From contig JBAZNJ010000001.1 of NCBI GenBank assembly GCA_041649315.1, positions 197,869 through 261,868 of the forward strand: 64,000 nucleotides of DNA, read 5' to 3'. Under the pieces are notes generated by a model. The model was not told the DNA's origin. It did not search any database and was given only the letters and a program-made list of their open reading frames with translations. The stretch comes from Patescibacteria group bacterium. Lineage in GTDB: Bacteria > Patescibacteriota > Patescibacteriia > Patescibacteriales > UBA12465. Each line of letters begins with the position of its first letter. Position 1 is the stretch's first letter. Shown here piece after piece: positions 63,641-64,000 of the stretch. Both the position numbers and the translations under genes were made by a program.

Positions 63641-64000
63641 CTACTTCTTCAACGCATCCCTGATTTCCATCAGCAATTCCTGGTCTTTCGTTAATTTCGG
63701 TTCTTCGGTCGGTGTGACCTCTTCCTCTTTAACCAACCTGCTCTTAAGCCGGATAATTATCCTAATCATTAAAAAAATCGACAAAGCGATAATCAGGAAA
63801 TCAAAAATATTCTGGACAAAAACGCCGATATTCATAACCACAGCCGGACGCAAAACCGCGCCGCTCCCGTCTAAAACATCGGCCCGCAAAATCCATTTCC
63901 AGGACGCGAAATTAAGGCCGCCGGCAATCAGGCCGACCAGCGGCATAATAATATCGGCAACGAGTGAAGAGATTATTTTTCCGAAAGCGCCGCCGATAAT
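63641..64000 (-). CDS. mscL: large-conductance mechanosensitive channel MscL (N-terminus runs off the window end)
   Basis: The minus frame is open to position 64000: IIGGAFGKIISSLVADIIMPLVGLIAGGLNF.... This matches the MscL TM1/loop consensus. The track ORF starts at an internal Met. Confidence 0.9.
   Translation of the reverse strand: MIGGAFGKIISSLVADIIMPLVGLIAGGLNFASWKWILRADVLDGSGAVLRPAVVMNIGVFVQNIFDFLIIALSIFLMIRIIIRLKSRLVKEEEVTPTEEPKLTKDQELLMEIRDALKK

Noticed and set aside
1-64000. CRISPR arrays, rRNA, tmRNA, transposases or integrases, and alternative genetic code (UGA recoding).
   Set aside because: No short-repeat/spacer periodicity was seen. No rRNA or tmRNA signature strings were noticed. 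No recombinase-like ORFs are present. Long uninterrupted ORFs with conserved termini fit the standard code.

Overview
This is a gene-dense 64-kb chromosomal segment with about 60 CDS and 2 tRNAs, mostly coded on the minus strand. There is no rRNA, CRISPR array, transposase or integrase. The standard genetic code fits the ORFs. All calls come from hand motif recognition on the supplied translations and sequence; no database search was run.

Housekeeping content:
- Cell division and envelope: ftsE/ftsX with an RlpA-like plus DD-carboxypeptidase fusion, an FtsB/DivIC-like protein, ftsA-ftsZ, secD-secF and lepB.
- Nucleotide metabolism: nrdR-nrdD-nrdG (anaerobic RNR) and a purE-like/purC pair.
- Translation, proteolysis and stress: clpP, a short Rel, rpsU, hisS, queA, an M16 peptidase and mscL.
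- DNA repair: ruvB, a UvrD-type helicase-nuclease, radC and rmuC.

Several features resemble a small-genome anaerobic Patescibacteria/CPR-type bacterium, though this is inference only. They include Wzy_C+TPR membrane proteins, PilD, TrbC/VirB2-like pilin modules, thrombospondin-type-3 repeat proteins and a stand-alone PEP mobile-domain protein.

Most interesting observations:
1. A 16-kb, seven-gene locus (26.3-42.5 kb) is built around three giant Cys-rich surface proteins of 901, 2318 and 1292 aa. Two of them start with paralogous T4SS-pilin-like two-helix modules.
2. The anaerobic RNR is split. The glycyl-radical loop sits on a separate 45-aa ORF that is missing from the ORF track.
3. A 1.7-kb low-GC insertion lies at the 3' end of queA. 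It is bounded by 122-bp att-like direct repeats whose differences fall almost entirely at third codon positions. It carries a protein with a Bacteroidota-style T9SS C-terminal sorting domain.
4. A GC-rich 157-nt rod-like palindrome lies between nrdG and a VirD4/TraD-like ATPase-exonuclease pair.
5. Both tRNAs have C rather than U at T-loop position 55.
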